From NCBI GenBank assembly GCA_003344405.1, contig NOWV01000111.1, forward strand, positions 62,001 to 126,000: 64,000 nucleotides of DNA, given 5' to 3'. Shown piece after piece: positions 13,740 to 26,044 of the stretch. The notes beneath the pieces were generated by a model. That model was given only the letters and a program-made list of their open reading frames with translations. It was not told the origin of the DNA and did no database searches. The position numbers and the translations under genes are program-made. The stretch comes from Trichoplax sp. H2. Its lineage: Eukaryota. How positions within the stretch are numbered: the first letter of the stretch is position 1; the number at the start of each line of letters is the position of its first letter.

Positions 13740-14084
13740 CATGAATAAAGTTAAATTGAATTCATTTCGTGACACCATCGAATCATCTTGGCCTTGATTA
13801 TGGATGTCATTCCAATAGTAAGGGACAATGATGATGATGGCCACAGTAAAAATAGAGTCCTCCCATTCAGCCCACATCTTTCTACTGCATTCTATCATAC
13901 TCTTCTTTTACACTTATTGATCTATTGAATTGAAGATTATTTTATTTCGATTATGAAAACTCCGGTGTGCAATTGAAATACTGGGTAATTTCCTGATCAA
14001 AAACGATAGAATCGACGCGTATCGATCGACAATGTAGTGTTGTTCGTCTGCTTTTACTTTACCATCACGTTGAGTGGTGCCTAA

Positions 14085-14960
14085 TCCGTTTAAATGAATA
14101 AAAATAATCTCTAAGCAAACTATCCAATTTCACTAACTCATTATGTCACCATTCTAGTCAACTAATTCTGTCATTTCTTGCTCCTTTACTGTCAATAGGG
14201 CAAACTGAATTTTATCATACCTTGACTTACTGTTAAAGCTAAAAATGATGATGCAATTGTCAACGTATCTTTGCCTTCTTATTACAGGCCAAATTTCTAC
14301 ATCACTGTGACTAATTAATCTACATTAATAGATAAAATGACCTCCAAGCAAACTATTCACCATCTTGCAGTCCTAGTTAACTAATTCTGCCATTTCTTGT
14401 TCCTTCAAAGTCGATAGGATGAACTGAATTTTATTATACATTGACTTATTAGTGAAAGCCAAAAATGCTGATTCAATTGTCAACATATCTTTACCTTTTT
14501 AGTACAGGCCATATTTTACATCACTTTGATTATATAATCTATTTAAATAGATAAAGCGATCGTCTTGCAAACTATTTAATTTTATGAATACACCATAACG
14601 TAGTTCCAGTCGATTAATTCTGCCTTTTCCTACCCCTTCAAAGTCGATAGTAAAAACTGAACTTGATAAGCCAAATTAAATCATGCTATGACTTTTGAAA
14701 AGCTAAAAATGATGAGTGATATCTAATTTATTTTAAAGGGATAAATTAACCTCCAATTAAACTATCCAATTTTTCGAATGCACCATCTTACAGTTCTATC
14801 CAACTAATTCTGCCTTTTCTTGCCCCTTCAAAGTCAATAGTACAAATCGAACTTTATAAATTAAATTTTATCATACTCAGACTCAGTATTAAAGCCAAAA
14901 ATGATCCAATTGTCGATATAATTTTACGTTTTTGTTACAGGTCAAATTTTAGACCATACT
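14085..14960. repeat. Four degenerate tandem copies of a ~190-235-bp unit
   Basis: a(c/t)taattctg anchors at ~14161, 14380, 14613, 14803, each followed by cctt(c)aaagtc(g/a)atag and aagc(t/c)aaaaatg. Confidence 0.88.
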
Positions 14961-15884
14961 AGAAATTAGCGCTTAGAGAAGTCATGAAATTGCCAAACCT
15001 TACCCAGCACAGAGATAAAATTAAGCGTACGGTCTGAATGCACTTTCTTGCAAATTGTTGACCGAAATAGTATTTTAAATAGAGTAATTATAGACTAATC
15101 CTCATTTATAGTTCATAAACGTATCAAGAATAACTATACCTACGGATAGAATTCAAATGTTGCTTGCATAGGGGCAGTTATTGGCATTGAAAACAAATAA
15201 TTAGTAGTTTATACCTAGAAAGGCTATCTAAATTTTCATTGAGTGATATTAAAAATTCATTAGCATAGGTGAGTTTCTATGACAGTCAGTTTTATCATAG
15301 TAATCTAGTCCTATTTAAATAGAATTAATTTTATTCCTTTTCACCCCAGAATTAGCAATGGTGATCTTTAATAATTATCTTAAGTTAAAATCCATGACCA
15401 AAGAGAGTAGCTCTAACGACTTTATGTATTCTCCAAGCTGTATCTACATAGCTACCTAGTTATAACATTCAATTCTTTCATATCTTGTTGACAACACTCT
15501 TACAATACTACATCCATTTCATATGACATGATCTTGCTATTTAATTATTGATATTATCCAAACTGCTAGAAATTTGAAAGTATTTTTGCTCGCGGTAACC
15601 TTACTCCTTACGAAAATAAGATGCTATAGATGGAGAATGATCAATACCTTTCATGGTCGAAGTTGCCCACTCATGTTTATCATCATGGCGACAACAATTA
15701 CTGCAATCTCTTAATTATTATTTTAAAGTTGGCATCAATGCCTAAGATTTCCACTTTTAACTACTAACCGCACTTTTTAACTGTTGAGGTATATTGACTT
15801 TTTCGCATTTTCTTACTCCTGTAATCGATTGTACAAGTAAGCATCTCAAGTAAAATGGCGGGATCTTAGCAGCATCTAATCATA

Positions 15885-16231
15885 ATTTAAAGTAATATTA
15901 ATTTAATATCCAATTTAAAATTAGTATGATTTATAGCCTTCAATCGTTGTGCCTATTCTAGTACTGTAAGTTGGCAGCAGCAATCAACAGTAAAAATCTT
16001 CAAATCCATGTATTTCTACGCCATAAAATTGTTATTTGGATACTGCAATATAAGTAAATTGAACTCCATGCCAAGATACGGGTACAACCTAAAGTAGTAT
16101 TTATATCCCAATTTGAAATTAATATCATTTATAGCCTCCAATCATTATGCCTAATCCTATGCTATCAGTAGGCAACAGCAATGAATAATTAAAAATCTTC
16201 AAGTTTACGTATTTCTACGACATCAAATTGG
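15885..16231. repeat. Direct duplication (~145 bp, spacing ~200 bp)
   Basis: atttatagcct.caatc, aaaaatcttcaa and gtatttctacg occur twice in the same order (~15929/16128, ~15993/16191). Confidence 0.85.
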
Positions 16232-16919
16232 TACGACTCTGTAATGACAAGATAGGCCTTAAATTAGATAGTCACTTTCCACTGAACACGAGCTATTAAT
16301 AATTACCTTGAAATAGTACAACATAATATTATAAATTCTGTCCAAAATTCTATTCTTTATAACTTTAAGCCCTTCTCTTAAGACAAATGATGATTTGATC
16401 ACGATCGTAAATAACATGGTAGCCCATTCTGCTGGCAATGTAACAGATTGCTCTGGGATAAATATTTTTCTATTTTACTGAGTTTACTGATTGTCAATGC
16501 AGTATCATAGCAAACTCTTGTTTCAGATTTAATTATTCTTAATTCAAATCTTTTCGAATTAAGGGCATGGTTACAACCTATTCAGCAAGTTGTAAATCAT
16601 TCCTTGTTAAAATAGTGCACCGTCAAATAATTTATAGATGCACCTCCTGAAAAATGATGACGGTCATGGCGATATACGGTATAGCAAGTAATTTCCTAAT
16701 GTTCTGGCGCCATGTATGTTATTGTAAACAATTTTTTCGCCTTCTAGTTTATTTTAAAATAAATCTGTGATATGCAGCCTGTGACAAAGACACTCGAAAG
16801 TACATCACTAGCTGTTTTATGAAATTCCTTTCAGTGCAATGATTATCGTTCGGCTTTTACAGTTCCTTTATTTCGGTTTAATGAAGATGGTGGTGAAAAC
16901 TAATAGCAAGCAGTCTTTA

Positions 16920-17630
16920 ATTGATAACTATTAGAATTCTTCCTATATCCAAATAGAATGCCAGCAATAGAGTTTGAGAATTTAATAGAGAATACTCATA
17001 AATCTATAGTTTGATTTCTGGAAAATGTCTTATTTGAATACAGGAATTGTTGACGAAATAACGGCTCAAGAAAGTATCGAAAATTTATGGTATAGCTACA
17101 GGAGTCAGCAATAAATATTCTTCCATATATTCAAATGGAGAATCAGCAAGAGAGCTAGAGCATTTACAGATAATACTGATAAAAATACTGTTTTAATCTC
17201 TGCAAAATATCTTACTTAATGTTGGAGTTGTCAACAAAAGAACATCTGACGGAAATATCTAACATTTGTGGTATAAGAGTAAGCTATAGATATTCTTCAT
17301 GTTAGGTTGAGTTACAGTAAGATTGACAGGACATTTATGGTTAAGGCAGACAAAAATACTGTTAAACTTTGCGAAACTCCTGACTTTAGCTCCAGAACTA
17401 TTCAAAATACAACGATATGAGAAAAGATCTGAAGTTCATGTAACCATAAACAGAAGTTAGCGATAGATATTATTCCATATATCGAAATAGAGAGCCAATT
17501 AGATAGATTAAACACGTACGAGGAAAGCTAATGAAATACAATTAAACTTGGAAAAAGTCTAGCTCTCGAGTTAACCACAAAATAACATCTCGAGAGAATA
17601 TCTAAAAAATTGATCTAATAGTTATAGAAC
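16920..17630. repeat. About four highly diverged tandem copies of a ~178-bp unit
   Basis: att(c/a)ttcc anchors at ~16935, 17117, 17292, 17469; aaaaatactgtt at ~17181 and 17352. Confidence 0.7.
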
Positions 17631-18254
17631 TAAACACTGTATTGACTTTACACTTGGATAAATTGATATCTACACGATCTATTTCCACAAATAGAAATAT
17701 AAGTTTTAATCAAGCCTATATCAATTTATGCCGGTATTAGAAATCCGATTGATATCCTGTTCAACTGTTACCATTGCAATTACTCTCCAACTTTAAATCT
17801 GTACAACTGGCTATCATTTCTTTATCCATGACCGCAAAATGTGCCTGTAAAACTTCAATTCAGCCAACAGATCCACTTTATATCTCAATAAAATGAAAAT
17901 GATTAGCGTCTCTCTAGTAAAACATCCATTAATATCTTGACTTACCATTACACTGACAAATCTGCTGTACCTGATCCAATATGATAAAGGATTTCAAAAT
18001 AATAAAACAAGAACTGGCATCTTGTATGCTTCTATTGCATATAAATCAGGTTAGTCTTACAACGACCAATTTTTAATATTAAGCTAATTTGGGCCTACTT
18101 TAATTATCTTTATATACAGACATTAAGTAGCTTCTTACTCGATTGTGATGGCAGCATTGGTCGCTGTAGTCAAATATGTATACAACTAGCTATCGATTCT
18201 CATATCTAATTCTTCAGACGTTAACATCAAATTGTCATCAAGTAAATAGGAAGG

Positions 18255-18830
18255 TTTTATATCGTAGTACTATGATTTATTATCTGTACTTGAAAATAAA
18301 TTAACATCTTAAGCAACCATAATAATAGTAAACATTTCTATAGTCACATAACTTGCGATCAATTTTCATACATCATTCCATTAATATCAATATCCATCTC
18401 CTCCTATATACCAGGATTTAATTTACCTATTTCTTATTATATCGATGAATCATCTCTTCTATAACAAAATTAACATCTTACCTAATAATTCTAGTATTAC
18501 TTAATATAACATTCTAGCAAACTTGAGTATCAGATTTCATCAATGTCGGCCCCAATTCCATACAAGCCAATATCATATAACTGTGCTATGTCTGAATGTA
18601 CTTTAACGATTGATCGTCTCTACTAGAATAAAAATTGATTTCTTGCCCAGTAGCTACAACAGTAAATATTTTCTGCACTTGTATGTATACTCTTAAATTT
18701 GTTATTAAGTTTAACAATTTACTCTGCCTATGTCAACTAAGGTTTATTAAAATCGCATAGTCGTTTATTATCGATATTAGGATATAAATCGATATCCGAT
18801 CCTACAGCTCTAGTAGTCAATGCTGTTGCA
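18255..18830. repeat. Three to four highly diverged tandem copies of a ~165-bp unit
   Basis: aaattaacatctta at ~18298 and 18467, with variants at ~18632 and 18786. Confidence 0.55.
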
Positions 18831-20864
18831 GTTCTATGATCATAATATCCTATTAGTACTGACAATTATCCCCAAATGGTAATTTAATTTATAATCAAGG
18901 CAGAAAATTACACTCTACTTTATCCTACCCGGATAGAACCAGTAATCGAGACAGTCACTATGATATAATTTGTAATAAGTTATTCCAAGCTTCAAATTCA
19001 ATTCTTGGAACATTGAGTTTAAACGATTATGATGAGTCATGATCATGTTCATGATCTCCGATAGTTTAACGTCTAGATGGATGCTGTTAGAATCATTATT
19101 GAAGATACGAAATGAATCTTTTTGCATTATGAATTTCAGTAGTATTGATAAATAATACCCAAATCTAATATTGATATCAATTGCCTCTAGAGAAAAATCT
19201 TCCTCTATTTTTTCCTCTTATGGCAAACTTGTAAAAAAAAGAGTAGCTTTTTCACAGCTCTTAGCCAAGTGAGCTGACCTCGAAAAAACACTATAGTACG
19301 TCATTGAGTAAGCGATATCACGATAGTCTATAATAAGTTTAGCGGCAGAATCAATTTAATTAACTGGGTAATCAAGTCCTTTAAGGTATGAAATTTATGT
19401 AGAACAGCGTGAAGAACGATCAATTCTATTTAATATTACCACTAATTGGGGATTAATAGACAAATTGCAAATTCACGCGATGAAATTTTGGCGTAATAAA
19501 CTGCAATCCCATCCAATAGATTAATCACGCTATTAAAATCACACAATGTTCAGTATATTGATTGTATCATCTTAAAATAGCATTAAATATTAAGGTAAAT
19601 TGTTGATTACCAGATAAAAATATTCTTGATATAAATATGAAAGATTATTATAGAGGATAGCAAAGGCTCTTTGTTACCAATCAGCTTTACCCTAATTCTT
19701 TATCGTGATATCATTTGCAAAACTCCATCATAAAATTATATCTAATTAATCCATTGACCCAAGATCAATTTCCTTCCAATGTCCAGATGATAATAGACGA
19801 AATATTTACAACTTTCGGTTGTGCAATGGTAATCAAGAGCATATTAGATGTTTCTTTATAAGATTGATCGACATCCATTGAATTATGGTTTGGGAGTAAA
19901 CATGTTGTATCAAAAATGTTTTTTTATTGTTAATTCAATTTCATACTTTTCTATTCTGTTTGCGACCAAGTTTTTTGTCGTTATTTCACGATGTATAGAA
20001 CATTACTTTTGTCCTCTGAACATCATCATTCCTTTTCATTAACTTAATTTTTAGACAGCTACTAGCATACTCATGTTTACTATTTTAAATTGCTGTTTAC
20101 ATTTAAGTGCACTGTCACCCAATTTATTCTTTTCCCTAAACTTGTCAAACACCTCTACACTTTGCTTTCTGTTCCCCTCATATTGCTGCTCCTAATTATA
20201 TCATTACTATTTTACTCATATAGCTAAGTAATAATTTCACCTAATTGTATTAGTTATGCATTATGGAATACAGTGATAATATGTTGTATATGACTGTATG
20301 TATGTATGGTCTTAATAAAGTAAGGTTAAAAATTCATCTACTAAAAGCTATAATAAAGTAGTTTAGGGAGTAATTAAACGATCGCAAACATCGATAATCA
20401 CATGAAGTGGTCAATTTTGTGATACGGGATGAATTTTTATTGCTTTAAAATACACCAAAATGGACCTACTATCATAATAACAAAATCACTCAATGTTCTC
20501 GTATAGAAGAGTGTAATGGTGGGCAAATATAAGGCTTAAATATGACGAAAACAAAATTGCTAGTTTAAAATATCCAATTTTCGTCACTGTGTGCAATGCA
20601 TACCATAAAGCTGATGGTAATACAAACTTTGCTGTTTTAACACTTAAATTCTCTTATTTGAGTAGGTTACAGAATAATGAAATAAAATATTGTGATAACT
20701 CAAATAGAATTCATAACAAAAATTGTCCATTATCCCCTCTATGAGAGAACGTTTCGACTAACATTAAATGAGAAAATAATTCACTGTTTAAAATGTTCGT
20801 TTCTTCTTATTTACATGAGTCAATTTATGTCGATATAAGATTTGATGGCGTTTTAAACAATTCT

Positions 20865-21292
20865 TTTAAATATTCATTTTCTTTCTTCAAGTAATTCAAT
20901 TCAATTCAATTCAATTTCATGGTTTGAAATGTTTAATTTCTCTTACTTAAGGCAGGTTATATCACTTTAAGGGTTCATGATGATTAAAACGATTGCTTTG
21001 AATATCTATTTTCTCTTCTTGGAGTAATTAAATTCTACGCAATTCAGTTTCATGGTTTAAAATATCTATTTTCTCTTACTTAAGTGAGATTATATCAATA
21101 TAAGGTTTTATAGTGATTGGAACGATCCATTTAATTGAAACATCCATTTTCTCTTCTTTGGAGTAATTAAAATTGGATTCATTTCAATTTTATAGTTTAA
21201 AATGCACAATTTCCCTGATTTAAGTCACGTTATATCAATTTAAGGTTTTACGATAGTTGAAACCATTTTTTAAATATCGCTTTCCTCTTCTT
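20865..21292. repeat. About 3.5 tandem copies of a ~135-bp unit with an internal sub-repeat
   Basis: ttttctcttctt..agtaatt recurs at ~20877, 21008, 21146, 21281, alternating with tttctcttacttaag and ttatatca...taagg. Confidence 0.85.
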
Positions 21293-22111
21293 CTACCGCT
21301 ACACCCTATGATAACTGTAGCAAAATTTACAGCACCGAGGCTAAATTTGTCTTTCAAGAGCTATTTTTACTACGCCAATATTATCCTGTTGTACAAGAAT
21401 ATTCTGCGGCACCAACATCGAAGCTCTGCAATAATAAATACTGATTTTCCGCTCTAGAATGCATAAAAGATATTTATTGCGTCAATGACTATTTCCTACT
21501 CTTAACGAATATTATGGGATATCATGACTCAGGCAATACTGATTGCTTTAATGCCTTAGTTTCTGTTATATGAGCGTGTTCTGAAATACTAATATTGAAG
21601 CTGTAGAATAATCATAATCAAACAATTAATATCAGTATCCATTTTTTGTTCTACAAGCTTCTTACTGTATGCTCGTATTCCATCATTATCCTACTTTTAT
21701 GAGTAAGCTTAAGAAGGTCAGATATCGAATAGAACGATGTAAAATTGCCAATATCAACAAAAAATATCATTATATTGGGATAAATGGAAAATTATAGCTA
21801 TCCATCTTTCATTTTCTGTTTTATTAACTAGAAATTTAACATGTCGAGTCATAAAGCTAATTTTATTAGAATACGTTGTTTCTTTCTTAAATTATGGCAA
21901 AGCAGTTAAGCCAGGGTGTATTACTGTTCTATTGATAGTTTCTGCACCTTTTGGCCATTTAGTTAAGCTCTACACAGAGCAAAAAAGGTAGCACATTATT
22001 GATATCATTAAACGAAACTAGGTTACAGAAAATTATTTCGAAAGTTTAGTGTTGCTAAACTTCACCAATAACATGATAAATTAAACATGATTTTAATTCT
22101 GCTTTATTTAG

Positions 22112-25100
22112 ATGTCGATATTAGATCAAGCTTTACAAGCTGTTATTGAAAAGCATTGCGCTGAAACATGGAATGAAATACAGTAAGTTTAAAAGTGATT
22201 TATTGCTTCGATATAGTTCGTAAAGTTTCTCTCTATGCTACCAATCCGATAGATCAATTTAAATTATTAACGAAATTGATTTCATCATTTAGGCAAAATA
22301 TCACTAACCATCAAGAGGGTGAGAATCCCAATTCTGAAGCAGATAACGAAAAAGAATTCTTATTTATTGAAAATTTAATCAAAATAGCTAACCAGCAACT
22401 AGGTAAATCCAAATGACTGCTTTATTGTATGTAATATACTAATTATAGAAGAATGAGTCAAATTAGCGAGCTAACCACTAGGTAAATCAAAATGACTGCC
22501 TTACTTTATTCAATATCTTAATTAATTATTATGTTTTACCTTAATCGATATTATATTTTTTAAGTGTAACCTATGTTGTTTTAAGATGTAGGATAGATCT
22601 GTTATTTAAATTATGTCTTTCCACGATAACTGTCTCAAGCCGATTTTGTAGTAATACATTACCGAACAGTTTCCTTTTGCAATGATAAAGTAACCATTTG
22701 AAACTCTATCCTTTGAGGCACAATCATTATGTTCAAAATAGTTTATTCATTAGTTATGGTTCATTTCTACTTTATCTTGTTGTATCGATCTCTACCTGTT
22801 GGTATTACTATCGAAAAAAGATCTAGAATGGGATAAATTAATGGAAGAATTTGGATATCATTTTATCCAAGAATGTCATAACGATGTCAAGTATCAACGT
22901 GTATTACACTCAATTGGCTTTACCTTATCCGACTTTTTAATCAATTTTGATTGTTTGCATGATCATTTAAATTGCTCTAAAAAGTTTACCAATATTTTAC
23001 CACCATCATTTATTTGTAACGTTGAAAATCCAGACAGTATCTTGTTAGAAAGTTATCATCAACGCCATGGTTGGTCTTACTTTACCGTTGGTATCGTGAA
23101 AGCTGTTGCCGAAGTCGTTTTCGGCCAACCCGTCAGTATTGATGTTTTAGAAGCGACTACTCCCCATGAAGACTATAAGTGTCAGTACTATCGCATCCAT
23201 TATAAAAATAATTCTTTAAGGAGAGCATCACAAGCTCCAAGTTCATCAACATCACCTAAAGATTTAAAAATATTACCTGCTACATTTTGTAAAGCATTTC
23301 CTTTCCATTTTATCATTAATCGTGACATGGTATTAATTCAAGTTGGTGCAGGTTTAGTCCGATTTTTACCTAGTGAATTACCCGATATCGATATCTTTTT
23401 AGGTAGTACTATTAGCTATGAAACACGTTATTTTTCCGACTGCTTAAAAATGGTTAGCCCTAAAGTTGAACCAACATTCGATCATATTTTATCCTATTGC
23501 AACTCGCGCTTTACCTTAGAAACAGTTAGCCAATTGCGCGGTAAAGCGATCCAACTACGCGGACAAATGATTTATGCCTCGGAATCGGACTGTATACTCT
23601 ATGTTGGCTCACCATGTGTTAGTGCATTAGAAGAATTAAAAGGTAGAGGCTTATATTTAAGTGATATACCCGTTCATGATGCTACACGCGATGTTATTCT
23701 TGTTGGTGAACAAGCTAAAGTACAAGAAGATTTAGTTACGCGAATGCAAAAAGTAAAAGCCAAGTTAGAGCAAGCCAGTAAAGAGCTACGCCAAGAAAAA
23801 ACTAAAAATGTCGATTTACTGAATACTATCTTTCCCAAAGATATTGCAATGAAATTATGGAAAAGAAAATATCCATTAGAACAGCTATGTCGTCGTGTTG
23901 ATAATGTCACCGTTTTATTTAGTGACATTGTTGGTTTTACAGCAATTTGTTCCACATGTGAGCCCTTTATCGTGGTAGAAATGTTAAATCGGCTATATAC
24001 AAAATTTGATGATCTTAGTGCCAAATTAAATGTTTACAAGGTAAGATGGTTTTACCTATATGCTCATTCAAGGAATCAGTCGTGCCGATTATAGTTCCAA
24101 ATGGTTAACGATATATTTAGATAGCTATCTGTATATAACTCTAGCTTACAAATATGCCTTAAGAAAATTTCAACTACGTTGATATTTATGGATTTAGGCA
24201 TGCTGATTATAGTTGGAAAGATGCTAGTTTATAAATATGCCTTTAAGATACTTTTATCTACGTTGATATTTATGGAATCGGGTATCCTGTTTATAGTTAG
24301 CATGGGTTAATAATTGACAACTGACTGTAGATAACGCTAGATTACTAGTTTGCCTTAAGATGATTTTACCTATATTGATATTTATGAAATTAGGCGTATC
24401 GATTATACTTAGAAAGAATCAGTAAATGTAGATTGTAATTAAACAACTGACTATTGGTAACGCTAGTTTACCGATTTGCTTCTGTTTGCCTTTAGTCGTT
24501 CCAAAATGCCAAAATTAGTAAGATTAGTTCTATAGCAGCAATAAGAATGTCGCTCACTTAAATTATTCTTTACATCTCATAATCTTAACCATATTGATTC
24601 GAATCAGGTAGCCCTATTTACTTTATATTTGCTTACTAATTGCGTGTGTCTACAATCGGTAACGCTTCCATACATAATCTGCATGCCACAGGATTGATAA
24701 CAACTTAGGTATTCGATTTTTTTAACCGTATTGCCTTGATTTATACGGAATTAATTATAAAGGCTTTACTTGGGCAGATTACATAGTTAACTTAATCCAA
24801 ATTAAGCTTTATTTTCGCATAACTTGCATCCTTACAGATGGTCACAATACTTTACACCTGCTATATAATTATGAAGTAATCTAAAGGAAAATTGATGAAA
24901 TCTGACATACTTATTTTTCTGCCTAATAGACCTTATTGATTTATCCGAATTCATTAAGGTTCCATAGACAACATAAGAGTATATGCTACTGGAGGGATAA
25001 TAATTTAAATTACCCTAAAAGACTAATTTACAATCCCGATAGTACGTATGTATTCGCAATTTCGTACATCGAATATTACTAAAATGAATTGCGTAGTCAA

Positions 25101-26044
25101 ATCGGCCAGTAGAAGAAAACTGATTAGCTTTTTATCTATCACCAAAGCTGATTAATCTCCATAAATAACAGTATTATAAGCAACCTTGGATAAATTGGAA
25201 TTCGTTTTTAATGCAGTCCGTTAAACTACAAAACTAGCAATGTTATTAGGGTATCCAATTTCGTACTTAAAATTTTTTTCAAAACCTATCGGTAAATATG
25301 CAGTCGCTCTTACCGTATCCTTTGCAATTTGCTTACCGCTCATTTTAGGTGGAAACTATCGGAGATGCTTATGTCGTTGCTGGAGGTCTAGAACAAAAAA
25401 GTAATCGCCATGCTCATGATGTTTGCTACATGTCCATTGGTATGCTTCTTGTTTCACAAACTGAAAAATCCCATGATGGTCAAATTATTAAAGTATGCGT
25501 TATTTGAGTGCTGTAATTTGCATGCATTGATTGCTATTTAACGCTCCGCTTTAATACATTTTAGATGAGAATCGGAATTCATACTGGCAGTGTTGTGGCC
25601 GGTATTGTTGGATACAAAATGCCACGCTACTGCTTATTTGGTAATAACGTAAGATTGGCTAATAAAATGGAAGCATGTAGTCTGGCTGGAAGGATCAATG
25701 TTAGTCCAACTACATACAAGTAAGTTTACTAACTTCTAATCTTTTGGTAGTTAATGAATGAATATCATTGCTATAGTTTCCTCTGCTTTAATTAATGAAT
25801 GAACTAAATAATCATCGTTTGACTGTTGGATCATCCACACTGCTACATTAGGACATATTAATTATATAATTATTATTCACTTTGATATCTATCCAACAGG
25901 CTTGTACATAGCAGTAATGAATTTACCTTCGAAAAGCGAACACCTGATTGCTTACCGAAAGATTTCCCAACTCAAGCTGGTGATACTTGCTACTTTTTAA
26001 ATGTTGGTAATCAAAATAATATGTTAGAAGATCGTCAGTCTTAG
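22112..26044 (+). CDS. GUCY1A: sGC-2: soluble guanylate cyclase alpha-type subunit (~614 aa if it starts at ATG 22112)
   Basis: Exons 22112-22182, 22293-22402, 22821-24040, 25349-25492, 25565-25719, 25900-26044 (1845 nt, in frame). Alpha signatures: [20 protein letters not shown]...[47 protein letters not shown]...CYFL. The start is uncertain because the ATG directly follows an AG acceptor, so an upstream exon is likely. Confidence 0.92.
24085..24490. repeat. Three to four tandem copies of an ~85-120-bp unit in a sGC-2 intron
   Basis: gccttaaga...ttgatatttatg.a.t..gg...t...g.ttata.tt recurs at ~24156, 24239, 24352. Confidence 0.85.

Noticed and set aside
11050-21292. Repeat arrays as CRISPR-like or coding repeats
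   Set aside because: Units are long, degenerate and contiguous, with no constant repeat plus unique spacer pattern, no ORFs and no cas genes; the context is eukaryotic.
23674-24024. 116-aa minus-strand ORF (also 3753-3965, 42245-42478, 42271-42453)
   Set aside because: Antisense shadows of sGC exons with no recognisable motifs.
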